From positions 43,051-75,050 of the forward strand of contig NZ_SNUY01000002.1 of the NCBI RefSeq assembly GCF_004376175.1: a DNA stretch of 32,000 nucleotides, read 5' to 3'. How positions within the stretch are numbered: the first letter of the stretch is position 1; each line of letters begins with the position of its first letter. The notes under the pieces are model-generated. The model made no database searches. It worked only from the letters and a program-made list of their open reading frames with translations, and had not been told where the DNA came from. This document shows, piece by piece, positions 1 through 8,763 of this stretch. The stretch is from Halalkalibacterium halodurans. Lineage in GTDB: Bacteria; Bacillota; Bacilli; Bacillales; Bacillaceae_D. The translations under genes and the position numbers were made by a program.

Positions 1-37
1 CTTTCCTAAAGCCGCCTAGTCAATTTTTAAAAAAATA

Positions 38-667
38 ATGGCAATAGGTTTCTTTGTCATGCACATTTTTGAAAATACAATGAAAATAATGAGTGTGCAG
101 GCCATTCCAATCCAATTTCCAGTAATTTTGGTTCATTTCACCCGGAAAATTGTTATTTATTCCGAGACTCTATTTATTGATGCCAGGGAAGGGATTCCGT
201 TCCCTTCCTTAATCGAAGCATTAATTATGATGATTTTCTTTGAACTGTTGCGAGAAGCAGGAGTCAGGCTCCCTCGGCCCGTTGGTGCAGCTGTTAGTAT
301 CGTCGGCGCTCTCGTGCTAGGAGAAGCAGCGATTCAAGCAGGAATTGCTTCCCCGATTATGGTCATTGTCGTTGCCTTAACAGGAATTGCTTCCTTTGCG
401 TTACCACAGTATACGTTTGCTATCGCGCTTAGGCTTTTGCAATTTCCACTCATGGTCTTGGCGGCACTTCTAGGTGGATTTGGCCTAATGATCGGCTTAA
501 TCTTAATTTGGCTTCATCTAGTCAGTCTGCACTCGTTAGGCCAGCCTTATTTAAGTCCTGTTGGGCCGTTTAAATTCAGAGAACTTCGAGATGTGTTTAT
601 CAGGGCGCCATTTAAAACGTTGATCAAATCACCACGAAAACGTCCATATGAAGTAAGGGGTGATTAA
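38..667 (+). CDS. GerA-family germinant receptor A subunit, C-terminal membrane-domain fragment only (209 aa; probably truncated or a pseudogene)
   Basis: ORF 38-667. REGIPFPSLIEAL..FELLREAGVRLPRPVG..SPIMVIVVALTGIASF..GQPYLSPVGP matches the conserved membrane region of GerAA/GerKA-type proteins (family recognised from memory). Stops occur in all three + frames within nt 1-36 (TAA 7-9, TAG 17-19, TAA 34-36). There is no SD before ATG 38. The ORF is therefore not continuous with upstream coding sequence. Confidence 0.7.
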   Translation: MAIGFFVMHIFENTMKIMSVQAIPIQFPVILVHFTRKIVIYSETLFIDAREGIPFPSLIEALIMMIFFELLREAGVRLPRPVGAAVSIVGALVLGEAAIQAGIASPIMVIVVALTGIASFALPQYTFAIALRLLQFPLMVLAALLGGFGLMIGLILIWLHLVSLHSLGQPYLSPVGPFKFRELRDVFIRAPFKTLIKSPRKRPYEVRGD

Positions 668-699
668 GACGTATGCTCTTAATATGGAGAAGAATTCCT

Positions 700-1869
700 A
701 TGAAAAAATACCTTTCCCGTCTTCTTGTCTTGTGTTTGCTGTTCTCCCTTATGAGTTGCGATGGCCTAGAGCTCACCGAACGAGCTTTTGTAATTGGGCT
801 CGCACTCGATGAGACAGAGGCAGGGAATATTATGTTAACCACTCAACTATACCGCCCTTCACCCGAAGGGGCAGTCGGACAGATGGGAGGCGGGAAGGCA
901 GGACAAAATTATCTCAACATTCAAACATCAGCAGAATCGGTTACAAAGGCTCTTCGTAACATTCCAATGCACATTGGTCGCAAAGCACAGTGGAGCCATA
1001 TTAGTTCGATCTTAGTGGCCGAGAGATTGGCAGAAGAAAGAGGAGTTGCTGAACTTCTAGAGTTTTTTTATCGTGATCATGAACCACGAATTATTTCGTC
1101 GATTGCTGTAACAGAAGGGAAAGCTAGCGATTTTTTGAACATTGCCCCATTGATGGAGATGACCCCAGGGCACCAACTGTTAGTGAATGAAGAGGGGGCT
1201 CACACGTTTGCCAATAAAAGCATTGAAACGAGGTTGCTCAAAATTGCCCTGCAATTACGAAGTGAGGTAGGGAATGCGGTCATTCCGTTAATCCATAAAG
1301 AGGATGTCCATCCCCAGCCTTCCGCGACAGTATCGGGTGTGGGCTTATTGAAGGACGGAAAGCTAGTGGACAAGCTGTCCCCTGATTTAGTGGAGTACTT
1401 ACAAATAATTCGAACGGACTATCAAAACGGAATGATCCAATTTCCTTGTCCGGGAAAGAAAGAAGAACCTCAACAGGTGGAAGTGATTGAAGTCGTCTCA
1501 ATGGATTCTGCGGTACGCCCAATTATTGAAGGGGATTCCTTGCGCGTATCGATCCCTGTTCGGATGGAGGTGGTCATTCAAGAGTTGGCTTGTTCAGAAA
1601 CGCTGGAGCCTGAGCAGGAACAAGAGTTTGTTGAATACATAAGCCAATTTTTCGAACAACAAATTTTAACCACCGTCGCTACTTTACAGGAAAAGAAATT
1701 CGATGCTATCAACATAGGAAACAAAATTTACGGCAAGGATCCGCAAAAGTGGAAGGAATGGAAGGCTGATTGGGATGAACGCTTTGCTAAAGCTGAATTT
1801 TCGGTGGATGTCCAATTGCGAGTCATAAATACAGGCACAATGATTGGAAAGCCTACTTTCACCGAATGA
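700..1869 (+). CDS. Ger(x)C-family germinant receptor lipoprotein (C subunit)
   Basis: ORF 673-1869, with the start moved to ATG 700 (GGAGA 9 nt upstream). This gives the lipoprotein signal MKKYLSRLLVLCLLFSLMSC with a lipobox Cys. Size (~389 aa) and position directly after the A subunit fit GerAC/GerKC-type proteins. Confidence 0.85.
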   Translation: MKKYLSRLLVLCLLFSLMSCDGLELTERAFVIGLALDETEAGNIMLTTQLYRPSPEGAVGQMGGGKAGQNYLNIQTSAESVTKALRNIPMHIGRKAQWSHISSILVAERLAEERGVAELLEFFYRDHEPRIISSIAVTEGKASDFLNIAPLMEMTPGHQLLVNEEGAHTFANKSIETRLLKIALQLRSEVGNAVIPLIHKEDVHPQPSATVSGVGLLKDGKLVDKLSPDLVEYLQIIRTDYQNGMIQFPCPGKKEEPQQVEVIEVVSMDSAVRPIIEGDSLRVSIPVRMEVVIQELACSETLEPEQEQEFVEYISQFFEQQILTTVATLQEKKFDAINIGNKIYGKDPQKWKEWKADWDERFAKAEFSVDVQLRVINTGTMIGKPTFTE

Positions 1870-1917
1870 CGCTCCTTTTTTATCATTAATTTATACGGTC
1901 GAGCGGAGGAACTCAAA

Positions 1918-2163
1918 ATGGTCATTAAGCTCATTGTGATGATAGTCGTTTACGCTGTCATATTAGGTTATGACATACCAAAACTAAAAGAAAAGGAAGG
2001 GAAAACAATCGGAGTATACACTGGTCTCATGTTTGTTGCCCTTTATCAGAGTCTTATTTTTGTGTTTGATTTAGACTGGCCTTTTTTGCATACGGCTGTC
2101 GATGCCTTATTTCGAGAGCCTGCTCGTCACATTGTTGAATTCTTAGAGGCCCCCCCTTCTTAA
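1918..2163 (+). CDS. Small two-TM membrane protein, possible germinant-receptor 'D' subunit
   Basis: 81-aa ORF with GGAGG 8 nt upstream of the ATG. Two hydrophobic segments: IKLIVMIVVYAVILGY and GVYTGLMFVALYQSLIFVF. It sits between the C and B genes of a GR operon, like the small D proteins reported for some Bacillus GR operons. There is no sequence-level family match I can verify. Confidence 0.5.
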   Translation: MVIKLIVMIVVYAVILGYDIPKLKEKEGKTIGVYTGLMFVALYQSLIFVFDLDWPFLHTAVDALFREPARHIVEFLEAPPS

Positions 2164-2190
2164 CGCGCGGCCAAAGTGAGGTGAAAGGGA

Positions 2191-3285
2191 GTGAAAAGTC
2201 AGCAGCGTATTCATGCGCATCAGATGTCTAGCTTGTTTTTCCTTTTATTAATAGGAGCTGCGATCATTAATATACCAGGTCCTCTAATCGGTTATGCGGG
2301 AAATGGAGCGTGGTTGTCGATTCTCTTATCAGCGGTTACAGGCTTCATTTTTGTGGCATGTTTACTTTATTTGTATCGAAAATTTCCCCACCTTTCGTTT
2401 GTCGAGTACAGCAACAAATTAGTAGGGAAGCCACTTACAATTTTGTTCATGTTACCGTTCATTACGTTGAATTTATATCATCTCAGCGGGAATGCCCTTG
2501 ATATCAGCTTGTTTATGACTGCAACGATGATGCGGGAAACCCCCTTATATGTTTTTGTGCTTTTAACCTTGTCTATCGTTGCTTTAACTGCACGATTAGG
2601 AATTACAGTATTTGCCCGAACTAGTACAGTTCTAAATCTAACTGTTTTCGGGGTTGTATTACTCGTTCTCGCACTAGCAAGTGAGCAATATCAATGGGAG
2701 CATTTTTTTCCGGTCATGCCGGACGGTATTAAACCGGTCCTACTAGGGGCATCTTTTTCTTATTCATTTCCCTATGCCGACATCGTTCTCTTTTCGATGC
2801 TCTTGCCGTTTGTTGATAAAAGAGAGTATGGCAAGCTTAAAAAGGGAATGTACCTTTCTCTCCTCCTAGGTACCTTTTTATTGGGAGGTATTACATTAAG
2901 TACAATCCTCGTGTTCGGCCCAATTGCAGGAGAACGAATATATTCTTTATTCGAAATAGCACGTACCATTCATTTGTACGAAATTATTACAGGTGTTGAA
3001 ATTTTGATTGGATATTCCCTTATCGCAGGGGCCTTTCTATTGGATGTGATTATACTTTACATTCTTAGCTTAGTCATTGGCCAATTATTTGGAATCAAAG
3101 ATGAGCAAATAATTGTGTTTCCTTTAGCTCTTATAGGTTTTCTATTCTCAATGGTTATTATTTCTGAAGGCGTAGCGAAATGGAATGAATTTGTTCTAGT
3201 TACTGATATTCTTCTTGTTACGATTGTCAATCTCCCTCTGTTCATTTTGACAGCTGTAGCAGCTTGGCGAAGACAAATCGAGTGA
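2191..3285 (+). CDS. GerAB-type germinant receptor B subunit (APC-superfamily spore permease), paralogue 1
   Basis: 364-aa polytopic membrane ORF with a GTG start and GAGGTG ~7 nt upstream. Blocks [34 protein letters not shown] and ILIGYSL are shared with the two downstream paralogues and are typical of GerAB/GerKB proteins. Confidence 0.85.
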   Translation: MKSQQRIHAHQMSSLFFLLLIGAAIINIPGPLIGYAGNGAWLSILLSAVTGFIFVACLLYLYRKFPHLSFVEYSNKLVGKPLTILFMLPFITLNLYHLSGNALDISLFMTATMMRETPLYVFVLLTLSIVALTARLGITVFARTSTVLNLTVFGVVLLVLALASEQYQWEHFFPVMPDGIKPVLLGASFSYSFPYADIVLFSMLLPFVDKREYGKLKKGMYLSLLLGTFLLGGITLSTILVFGPIAGERIYSLFEIARTIHLYEIITGVEILIGYSLIAGAFLLDVIILYILSLVIGQLFGIKDEQIIVFPLALIGFLFSMVIISEGVAKWNEFVLVTDILLVTIVNLPLFILTAVAAWRRQIE

Positions 3286-3300
3286 AAGCGAGATGTACAG

Positions 3301-4391
3301 ATGAAAGGTCAACAACAGATAACGCCAATCCAATTGTCAATGCTGTTTTTTATCTTTTTAACCGGTTCAGCGGTTATTGTCATTCCGGCCCACTCATTGG
3401 CAACGCTGGCAACGGGGCGTGGCTTTCGTTGCTGCTCTCATTTATCGGAGCCATTGCTCTCCTAGCTACCGTGCTTTCCTTGCATAAAATGCATCCTCGT
3501 TTAACGTTTATTGAATACAGTCGTTCGTTAGTCGGGAAATGGCTAACCGTTTTGATCGGCATTCCGTTTGCGTTCACACAATTAAACAGCACCGCTGGGA
3601 TCGTCCTTGATATTGGGTTGTTTATGACTTCCTCCATGCTTCGGGAGACGCCACTTTACTTGTTTAATCTGATCATCTTTATTGCCGTTGCTTTTACTGC
3701 GCGAGGGGGAATCGAGCTATTTGCGCGGATGTTTCCCATGCTTATTATCACAAGTATTTTGTTTATAACGGTTATTCTCCTGCTTGCTGCAGGTCACTAC
3801 GACATTGAATTCTTACTTCCCGTTATGCCTGATGGTATAAAACCAATCCTCCATGGGACCTATTTTTCTTTTTTGGGCTTCCCATATTCCGAACTCGTCA
3901 TTTTTTCTATGTTGCTCCCGTTTGTGTCTAACCAAGATTATGTCTCTGTAAAAAAAGGAATGGTGAGTGCGCTTACGTTCAATTGGATTTATTTGGTGGC
4001 CGTGACGATTTGTGCATTACTCGTTTTTGGCCCGATTGCAGGGGATAGACCGTATTCCACTTATGAGGTGGCTCGGGTAACGAGGTTTGACATCTTAATT
4101 GGCTATTCGCTTATTACAACTTCCTATATGAAGGCGGTGATTACGTTCTATATTTTGTATATGACGATCGTTCATTTGCTGAAAGTCAAAGATCCAAACG
4201 TTCTTATCTTTCCACTTGCATTCATTTGCTTTCTTTTTTCTCTCATTCAACTATCGTTGGGGCATGCCCGCTGGGGTGAACATGTAACAGTAGCTGAGCC
4301 ATTGTTAAAGCTTTGTTCTTACATTATTCCTTTAATTTTCATCGCGATCATTGCTTATTTCAAAAAGAATAAGAAACGAGCAGCAACCTAA
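3301..4391 (+). pseudogene. GerAB-type B subunit, paralogue 2, interrupted by a 1-nt frameshift near 3388-3391
   Basis: The frame from ATG 3301 encodes MKGQQQITPIQLSMLFFIFLTGSAVIVIP, colinear with the N-termini of paralogues 1 and 3, then stops at about 3463. The remaining homology (GPLIGNAGNGAWLS...) continues in the frame of ORF 3264-4391. One extra C in the run 3389-3391 would fuse the two parts. The TTG 3264 start has no SD and encodes a non-homologous N-terminus. Confidence 0.6.
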
Positions 4392-4445
4392 TGAAATAAG
4401 ATGTAGGTGACATACCGGAAGCAATATGACAAGGAGGTGTTACGA

Positions 4446-5573
4446 GTGAATAAGCAACAAATTAGCGCCTTTCAATTTAATGCTGTGTTTTTTTCATTTA
4501 TTACTGGTTCCACGATCTTAAATGCGCCTGCCCCAATGATTGGTTTTGCTCAAAACGGGGCTTGGCTTTCTGTCGTCATTTCCCTTGCAGGCGGCTTGCT
4601 TCTTCTATGGGGGATGCTCTTTTTATATGACAGATTTCCCGATTTAAATTTGATTGAATACAGCCGTAAACTTGTCGGTTCTTGGTTCACTTGGATTTTG
4701 GCGATCCCATTTATTACGATGCAGCTTCATAGTACCGCTGGTATTGTCGTGGATGTAGGGTTGTTTATGACGACCACGATGATGCGGGAAACGCCGCTCT
4801 ATGTATTTGTTTTACTTATTTTTCTCGTTTCCTCGTTAACGGCAAGAGCTGGGATTGAAGCGTTCGCTAGGCTATTTCCGATTCTGATGGCAACGGTTCT
4901 TCTGTTTAGCATTTTTGTTATGATTTTAGCGAGCGTTGATTACGATCCTAGCTTTCTCCTCCCTATATTGCCTGATGGGATCAAACCGGTTCTTCTAGGT
5001 ACTTATTTCTTTTTTGGAATTCCAGTCACCGAAATCATTTTATTTTCAATGCTGCTTCCATATGTTCGTAAGGATGAGCGAACGAAGGTGAAAAAGGGAA
5101 TGGTTTATGCCCTTATTATTAATCATATCTTGATGATATTGGTGACCGTAAGTACATTGCTCGTCTTTGGGCCGATTGCTGGGGATCGACCATTTTCCAT
5201 GTATGAAGTGGCACGAACTATCGCCCTTTATGAAGTATTTGAAGGCTCGGAAATTTTGATCGGTTATTCTCTCATTATCGCTTCGTTTATGAAAGATGTT
5301 GTCTCACTTTATATGATGAATGTGACCCTTGTCGCCATGTTTAAGTTAAAAGACAAGCAAATCTTTATTTTCCCGCTTGCACTCGTTTCCTTCTTGTTTG
5401 CGATGGTGTTCATTTCTCTAGGAGTGAGGACATGGGCCACGTTCGTCACCGTAAGAGAACCGCTCTGGAAAGGAGTGGCTTACGTAGTTCCGCTGATTGT
5501 CCTAGTGATTGTCGCTCTAGTAAAAGGAAAAAGGTCTGTTCACCAAGCGGAGAAGATGAATACATTTTCATAA
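4446..5573 (+). CDS. GerAB-type germinant receptor B subunit, paralogue 3
   Basis: ORF 4407-5573, with the start moved to in-frame GTG 4446 (AAGGAGG 4431-4437, 8-nt spacer). This gives [11 protein letters not shown].., which aligns with the MKSQQ/MKGQQQ N-termini of the paralogues. It carries the same conserved blocks as paralogues 1 and 2. Confidence 0.85.
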   Translation: MNKQQISAFQFNAVFFSFITGSTILNAPAPMIGFAQNGAWLSVVISLAGGLLLLWGMLFLYDRFPDLNLIEYSRKLVGSWFTWILAIPFITMQLHSTAGIVVDVGLFMTTTMMRETPLYVFVLLIFLVSSLTARAGIEAFARLFPILMATVLLFSIFVMILASVDYDPSFLLPILPDGIKPVLLGTYFFFGIPVTEIILFSMLLPYVRKDERTKVKKGMVYALIINHILMILVTVSTLLVFGPIAGDRPFSMYEVARTIALYEVFEGSEILIGYSLIIASFMKDVVSLYMMNVTLVAMFKLKDKQIFIFPLALVSFLFAMVFISLGVRTWATFVTVREPLWKGVAYVVPLIVLVIVALVKGKRSVHQAEKMNTFS

Positions 5574-5673
5574 AATGGTGTACCTTGTCCTACAATCAAG
5601 TTCCTCCACATAAGCTTTTCAAAGAAATACTAGATAAAATATTAGATTTCATCAAATCACAAAGCAAGCAAGA

Positions 5674-5682
5674 TGATATAAT
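5674..5682 (+). promoter_or_regulatory. Candidate extended -10 promoter element (TGaTATAAT) for pgcA
   Basis: TGATATAAT lies at 5674-5682, about 30 nt upstream of the pgcA SD and start. The -35 region is poor (AAATCA). Motif match only. Confidence 0.35.
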
Positions 5683-5713
5683 GGAAGAAATAAAGAGGAT
5701 GGAGGGGACTCGG

Positions 5714-7450
5714 ATGAGTTGGAGACAGCGTTATGAAAAATGGAAAGGCTTTAATGAGCTTGAATTAGAGCTAAAACAATCGTTGGAAGCCATTGGTGGG
5801 GACGAACAGCAGCTTGAAGACTGCTTTTATAAAAACTTAGAGTTCGGGACAGGTGGAATGCGCGGAGAAATTGGACCAGGTCCGAACCGAATGAATACAT
5901 ATACAATTCGTAAAGCTTCTGAAGGCTTTGCCCGTTACTTGCTTGAGCAAGGGGAACATGTAAAAGCGCAGGGGGTCGTCATTGCCTATGATTCCCGGCA
6001 TAAATCACCTGAGTTCGCACGTGAAGCGGCATTGACGATCGGGAAGCACGGAATTAAAGCATACTTATTTGAAGAATTACGTCCAACACCTGAACTATCG
6101 TTTGCTGTTAGAAAGCTAGGAGCAGCAGGTGGTATTGTGATCACAGCAAGTCATAATCCACCCGAGTATAACGGCTTTAAAGTATATGGTTCAGATGGAT
6201 GTCAGCTTCCACCTGAGCCGGCTAATCGACTCGTCAAATTTGTTAACGAAATAGAAGACGAGCTTGTGATTCCTGTTGGGGATGAACGCGAGCTAAAGGA
6301 AAATGGAACGCTGGAAATGATCGGTGAAGAGGTGGACGTAGCTTATCACGAGGCTCTAAAGACGATTATTGTCAATCCAGAGCTGCTTGAAGCGTCAGCT
6401 AAAGATGTTCGTATTGTGTTCACTCCACTACACGGAACGGCTAATCTCCCAGTTCGGCGTGTGCTGGAAGCAGTCGGCTTTGAAAATGTAACGGTTGTTA
6501 AAGAGCAGGAGCTACCTGATCCACAGTTTTCAACGGTTAAAGCGCCAAATCCAGAGGAGCATGCAGCGTTTGCCTTGGCGATTGAGTACGGCAAAAAGAC
6601 AGAAGCAGATGTGTTGATCGCAACCGATCCTGATGCGGATCGCGTCGGTGTAGCTGTAAAAAATCAAGCCGGTGAATACATTGTTCTGACGGGGAACCAA
6701 ACAGGGGGATTGATGCTTCATTACCTTCTTTCACAAAAGAAGGAAAAAGGGCAACTCCCAGTTAACGGCATCGCGTTAAAGACGATTGTGACATCTGAGT
6801 TTGGCCGCGCCATTGCGGAGGATTTCGGTATCCCTATGGTAGATACATTAACTGGTTTCAAATTTATTGGTGAAAAGATAAAGGAATACGAGCAATCTGG
6901 CGAGCATCAATTTTTATTCGGTTATGAAGAAAGCTATGGCTACTTAATTGGGGACTTTGTACGTGATAAAGATGCAGTACAAGCGTGCTTATTAGCGGCC
7001 GAAATGACAGCTTACTACAAGTCGCGTGGGATGACCCTTTATGATGGTTTATTAGAGCTGTTTGATCGTTATGGGTATTACCGTGAAGGATTGACATCTA
7101 TCACATTGAAAGGAAAAGTCGGCGTTGAAAAAATTCAACACGTGTTAAGCCAATTCCGTCAATCGCCCCCGAAACAAGTGAATGACCAACAAGTGGTCGT
7201 GATTGAAGACTATCAAACAAAAGAAAAAGTGTCGGTCAAAGAACGAACTGTAGAAGCAATCACGTTACCAACATCAAACGTTTTAAAATATATGCTTGAA
7301 GATGGCTCGTGGTTTTGTCTCCGTCCATCAGGAACAGAGCCAAAGCTTAAAATTTATTACGGTGTAAAAACGGAAGCTTTAGAGAAAAGCGAAGCCGCAT
7401 TAGATGCGGTAAAGCGCGACGTAGAAGAGATCGTGCACTCGTATGTGTAA
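5714..7450 (+). CDS. pgcA: Phosphoglucomutase (alpha-phosphohexomutase family)
   Basis: GGAGGGG lies 6 nt before ATG 5714, giving [13 protein letters not shown]... Phosphohexomutase motifs are present: [10 protein letters not shown], the active-site [20 protein letters not shown] and GYEESYGY. The ~578-aa length resembles B. subtilis PgcA. The longer track ORF (from 5432) overlaps the upstream gene and was rejected. Confidence 0.9.
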   Translation: MSWRQRYEKWKGFNELELELKQSLEAIGGDEQQLEDCFYKNLEFGTGGMRGEIGPGPNRMNTYTIRKASEGFARYLLEQGEHVKAQGVVIAYDSRHKSPEFAREAALTIGKHGIKAYLFEELRPTPELSFAVRKLGAAGGIVITASHNPPEYNGFKVYGSDGCQLPPEPANRLVKFVNEIEDELVIPVGDERELKENGTLEMIGEEVDVAYHEALKTIIVNPELLEASAKDVRIVFTPLHGTANLPVRRVLEAVGFENVTVVKEQELPDPQFSTVKAPNPEEHAAFALAIEYGKKTEADVLIATDPDADRVGVAVKNQAGEYIVLTGNQTGGLMLHYLLSQKKEKGQLPVNGIALKTIVTSEFGRAIAEDFGIPMVDTLTGFKFIGEKIKEYEQSGEHQFLFGYEESYGYLIGDFVRDKDAVQACLLAAEMTAYYKSRGMTLYDGLLELFDRYGYYREGLTSITLKGKVGVEKIQHVLSQFRQSPPKQVNDQQVVVIEDYQTKEKVSVKERTVEAITLPTSNVLKYMLEDGSWFCLRPSGTEPKLKIYYGVKTEALEKSEAALDAVKRDVEEIVHSYV

Positions 7451-7451
7451 A

Positions 7452-7480
7452 AAAAGTTGAGCTGATGCTCAGCTTTTTTT
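7452..7480 (+). terminator. Rho-independent terminator after pgcA
   Basis: AAAAAGTTGAGC-tgat-GCTCAGCTTTTTTT immediately follows the TAA at 7448-7450. It forms a 7-bp G/C-containing stem (one G-U pair) followed by a run of seven T. Confidence 0.8.
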
Positions 7481-7567
7481 ACGTGATTTTAACGACAAAT
7501 CTGCAAATATATGATAGGATACAATTAATAAATTAAATTAATTAAGTAATTCGTTGAGGAATGGGGG

Positions 7568-8761
7568 ATGGACATGGAAGTTGCTTACAAAGAGGATCTG
7601 CTCACATCTTTTGCGGAAGCGTTTTCTTTTGATCGTTTGACTGATGTACGGGTGTTTTTTGCCCCAGGACGTGTCAATTTAATCGGAGAGCATACCGATT
7701 ATAACGGGGGATACGTGTTCCCAGGTGCATTAACGAATGGGACGTATATGGTGATCAAGCTGCGAGACGACGGGGAATACCATCTAAGAAGCGCCAACTT
7801 TGATACATCCGTTGTCTTTAGAAACTCTGACTTACGATTTGATCCAAAGGATGACTGGGGCAATTATCCGAAGGGCATTATTGCCGAGTTGGCAAAGCTT
7901 GGAGTGGATCTTCCAGGGGCTACTATTTATTTTTATGGAAATATCCCGAACGGAGCAGGTTTATCATCGTCGGCATCAATCGGAATGGTCACGGCCTATG
8001 GACTTACACAATGCTCCGGTGTAGACATTGATCGAGTAACACTCGCTAAGCTATGTCAACGGATGGAAAATGATTTTATCGGAGTAAGTACAGGCTTAAT
8101 GGACCAATTTGCTGTTGGAATGGGAAAGAAAGATCACGCGTTGTTTTTGAATACGAGCACGTTAGAATATGACCAAGTCCCCCTCATTCTGAAAGGGTAT
8201 AAACTTGTCATTACGAACTCTAATAAACGAAGAGGGCTAGCAGACTCAAAGTATAACGAACGTCGGCGAGAATGTGAAATGGGCTTAGAGCAGCTGAGAA
8301 AGAAACAACCGAATCTAAGCCATTTGGGTGAAGTGACAGAGGAAATGTTCGCTGAATTAGGTCCTGTCATTGAGGATGAACTGATCTATCGCCGCGTTCG
8401 CCATGTTGTAACAGAGGATGCGCGGGTACTAGCCGCTGTTTCTGCACTTAAAGCAGGAGAGTTGCAAACGTTTGGCGAGTTGATGAAAGCCTCACATCTG
8501 TCGCTTCGTGAGGATTATGATGTAACGGGAGTTGAGCTTGACACGTTATTCGACCTTCAAGCAAGTGCACCTGGGTGTATCGGAACGAGAATGACAGGGG
8601 CTGGATTTGGCGGCTGTACGGTAAGCATTGTTCATGAGGAAGAGATTACTGCTTTTCAGACTGTCGTTTCTAAAGGGTATGAGAAAAAAATTGGCTACAA
8701 GCCAACCTTTTATGTGACCGAGTTAGGTGACGGTGTGAACGAATGGAAAGGAGGCGCTTAA
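7568..8761 (+). CDS. galK: Galactokinase
   Basis: GHMP/galactokinase signatures are present: GRVNLIGEHTDYNGG, PNGAGLSSSAS and TGAGFGGC. About 397 aa. The start could alternatively be ATG 7574. Confidence 0.92.
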   Translation: MDMEVAYKEDLLTSFAEAFSFDRLTDVRVFFAPGRVNLIGEHTDYNGGYVFPGALTNGTYMVIKLRDDGEYHLRSANFDTSVVFRNSDLRFDPKDDWGNYPKGIIAELAKLGVDLPGATIYFYGNIPNGAGLSSSASIGMVTAYGLTQCSGVDIDRVTLAKLCQRMENDFIGVSTGLMDQFAVGMGKKDHALFLNTSTLEYDQVPLILKGYKLVITNSNKRRGLADSKYNERRRECEMGLEQLRKKQPNLSHLGEVTEEMFAELGPVIEDELIYRRVRHVVTEDARVLAAVSALKAGELQTFGELMKASHLSLREDYDVTGVELDTLFDLQASAPGCIGTRMTGAGFGGCTVSIVHEEEITAFQTVVSKGYEKKIGYKPTFYVTELGDGVNEWKGGA

Positions 8762-8763
8762 CA

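Noticed and set aside
3264-3300. TTG 3264 as the true start of GerAB paralogue 2
   Set aside because: There is no SD and it overlaps the end of paralogue 1. The first ~40 residues (AKTNRVKARCTDERSTTDNANP..) are hydrophilic and unlike any GerAB N-terminus, whereas the homologous N-terminus is encoded from ATG 3301 in another frame.
5432-5713. Long N-terminal extension of the pgcA ORF (track ORF 5432-7450, 672 aa)
   Set aside because: It overlaps the 3' end of GerAB paralogue 3 in another frame. The extension has no homology to phosphoglucomutases. A strong SD (GGAGGGG) precedes ATG 5714, which gives the usual ~578-aa protein.
7521-7550. AT-only quasi-palindromic stretch (AATTAATAAATTAAATTAATTAAG) upstream of galK as a possible operator
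   Set aside because: It is an imperfect symmetry in low-complexity A/T sequence and has no resemblance to LacI/GalR or cre operators. It is more likely an AT-rich leader or UP-like region.
8743-8763. Seven-codon upstream extension of galE, and the similar extensions at 673, 13790, 16653, 21349 and 29740
   Set aside because: In each case an internal start has a better-spaced SD and gives an N-terminus matching the family (Rossmann motif, signal peptide, lipobox, ferritin N-terminus).
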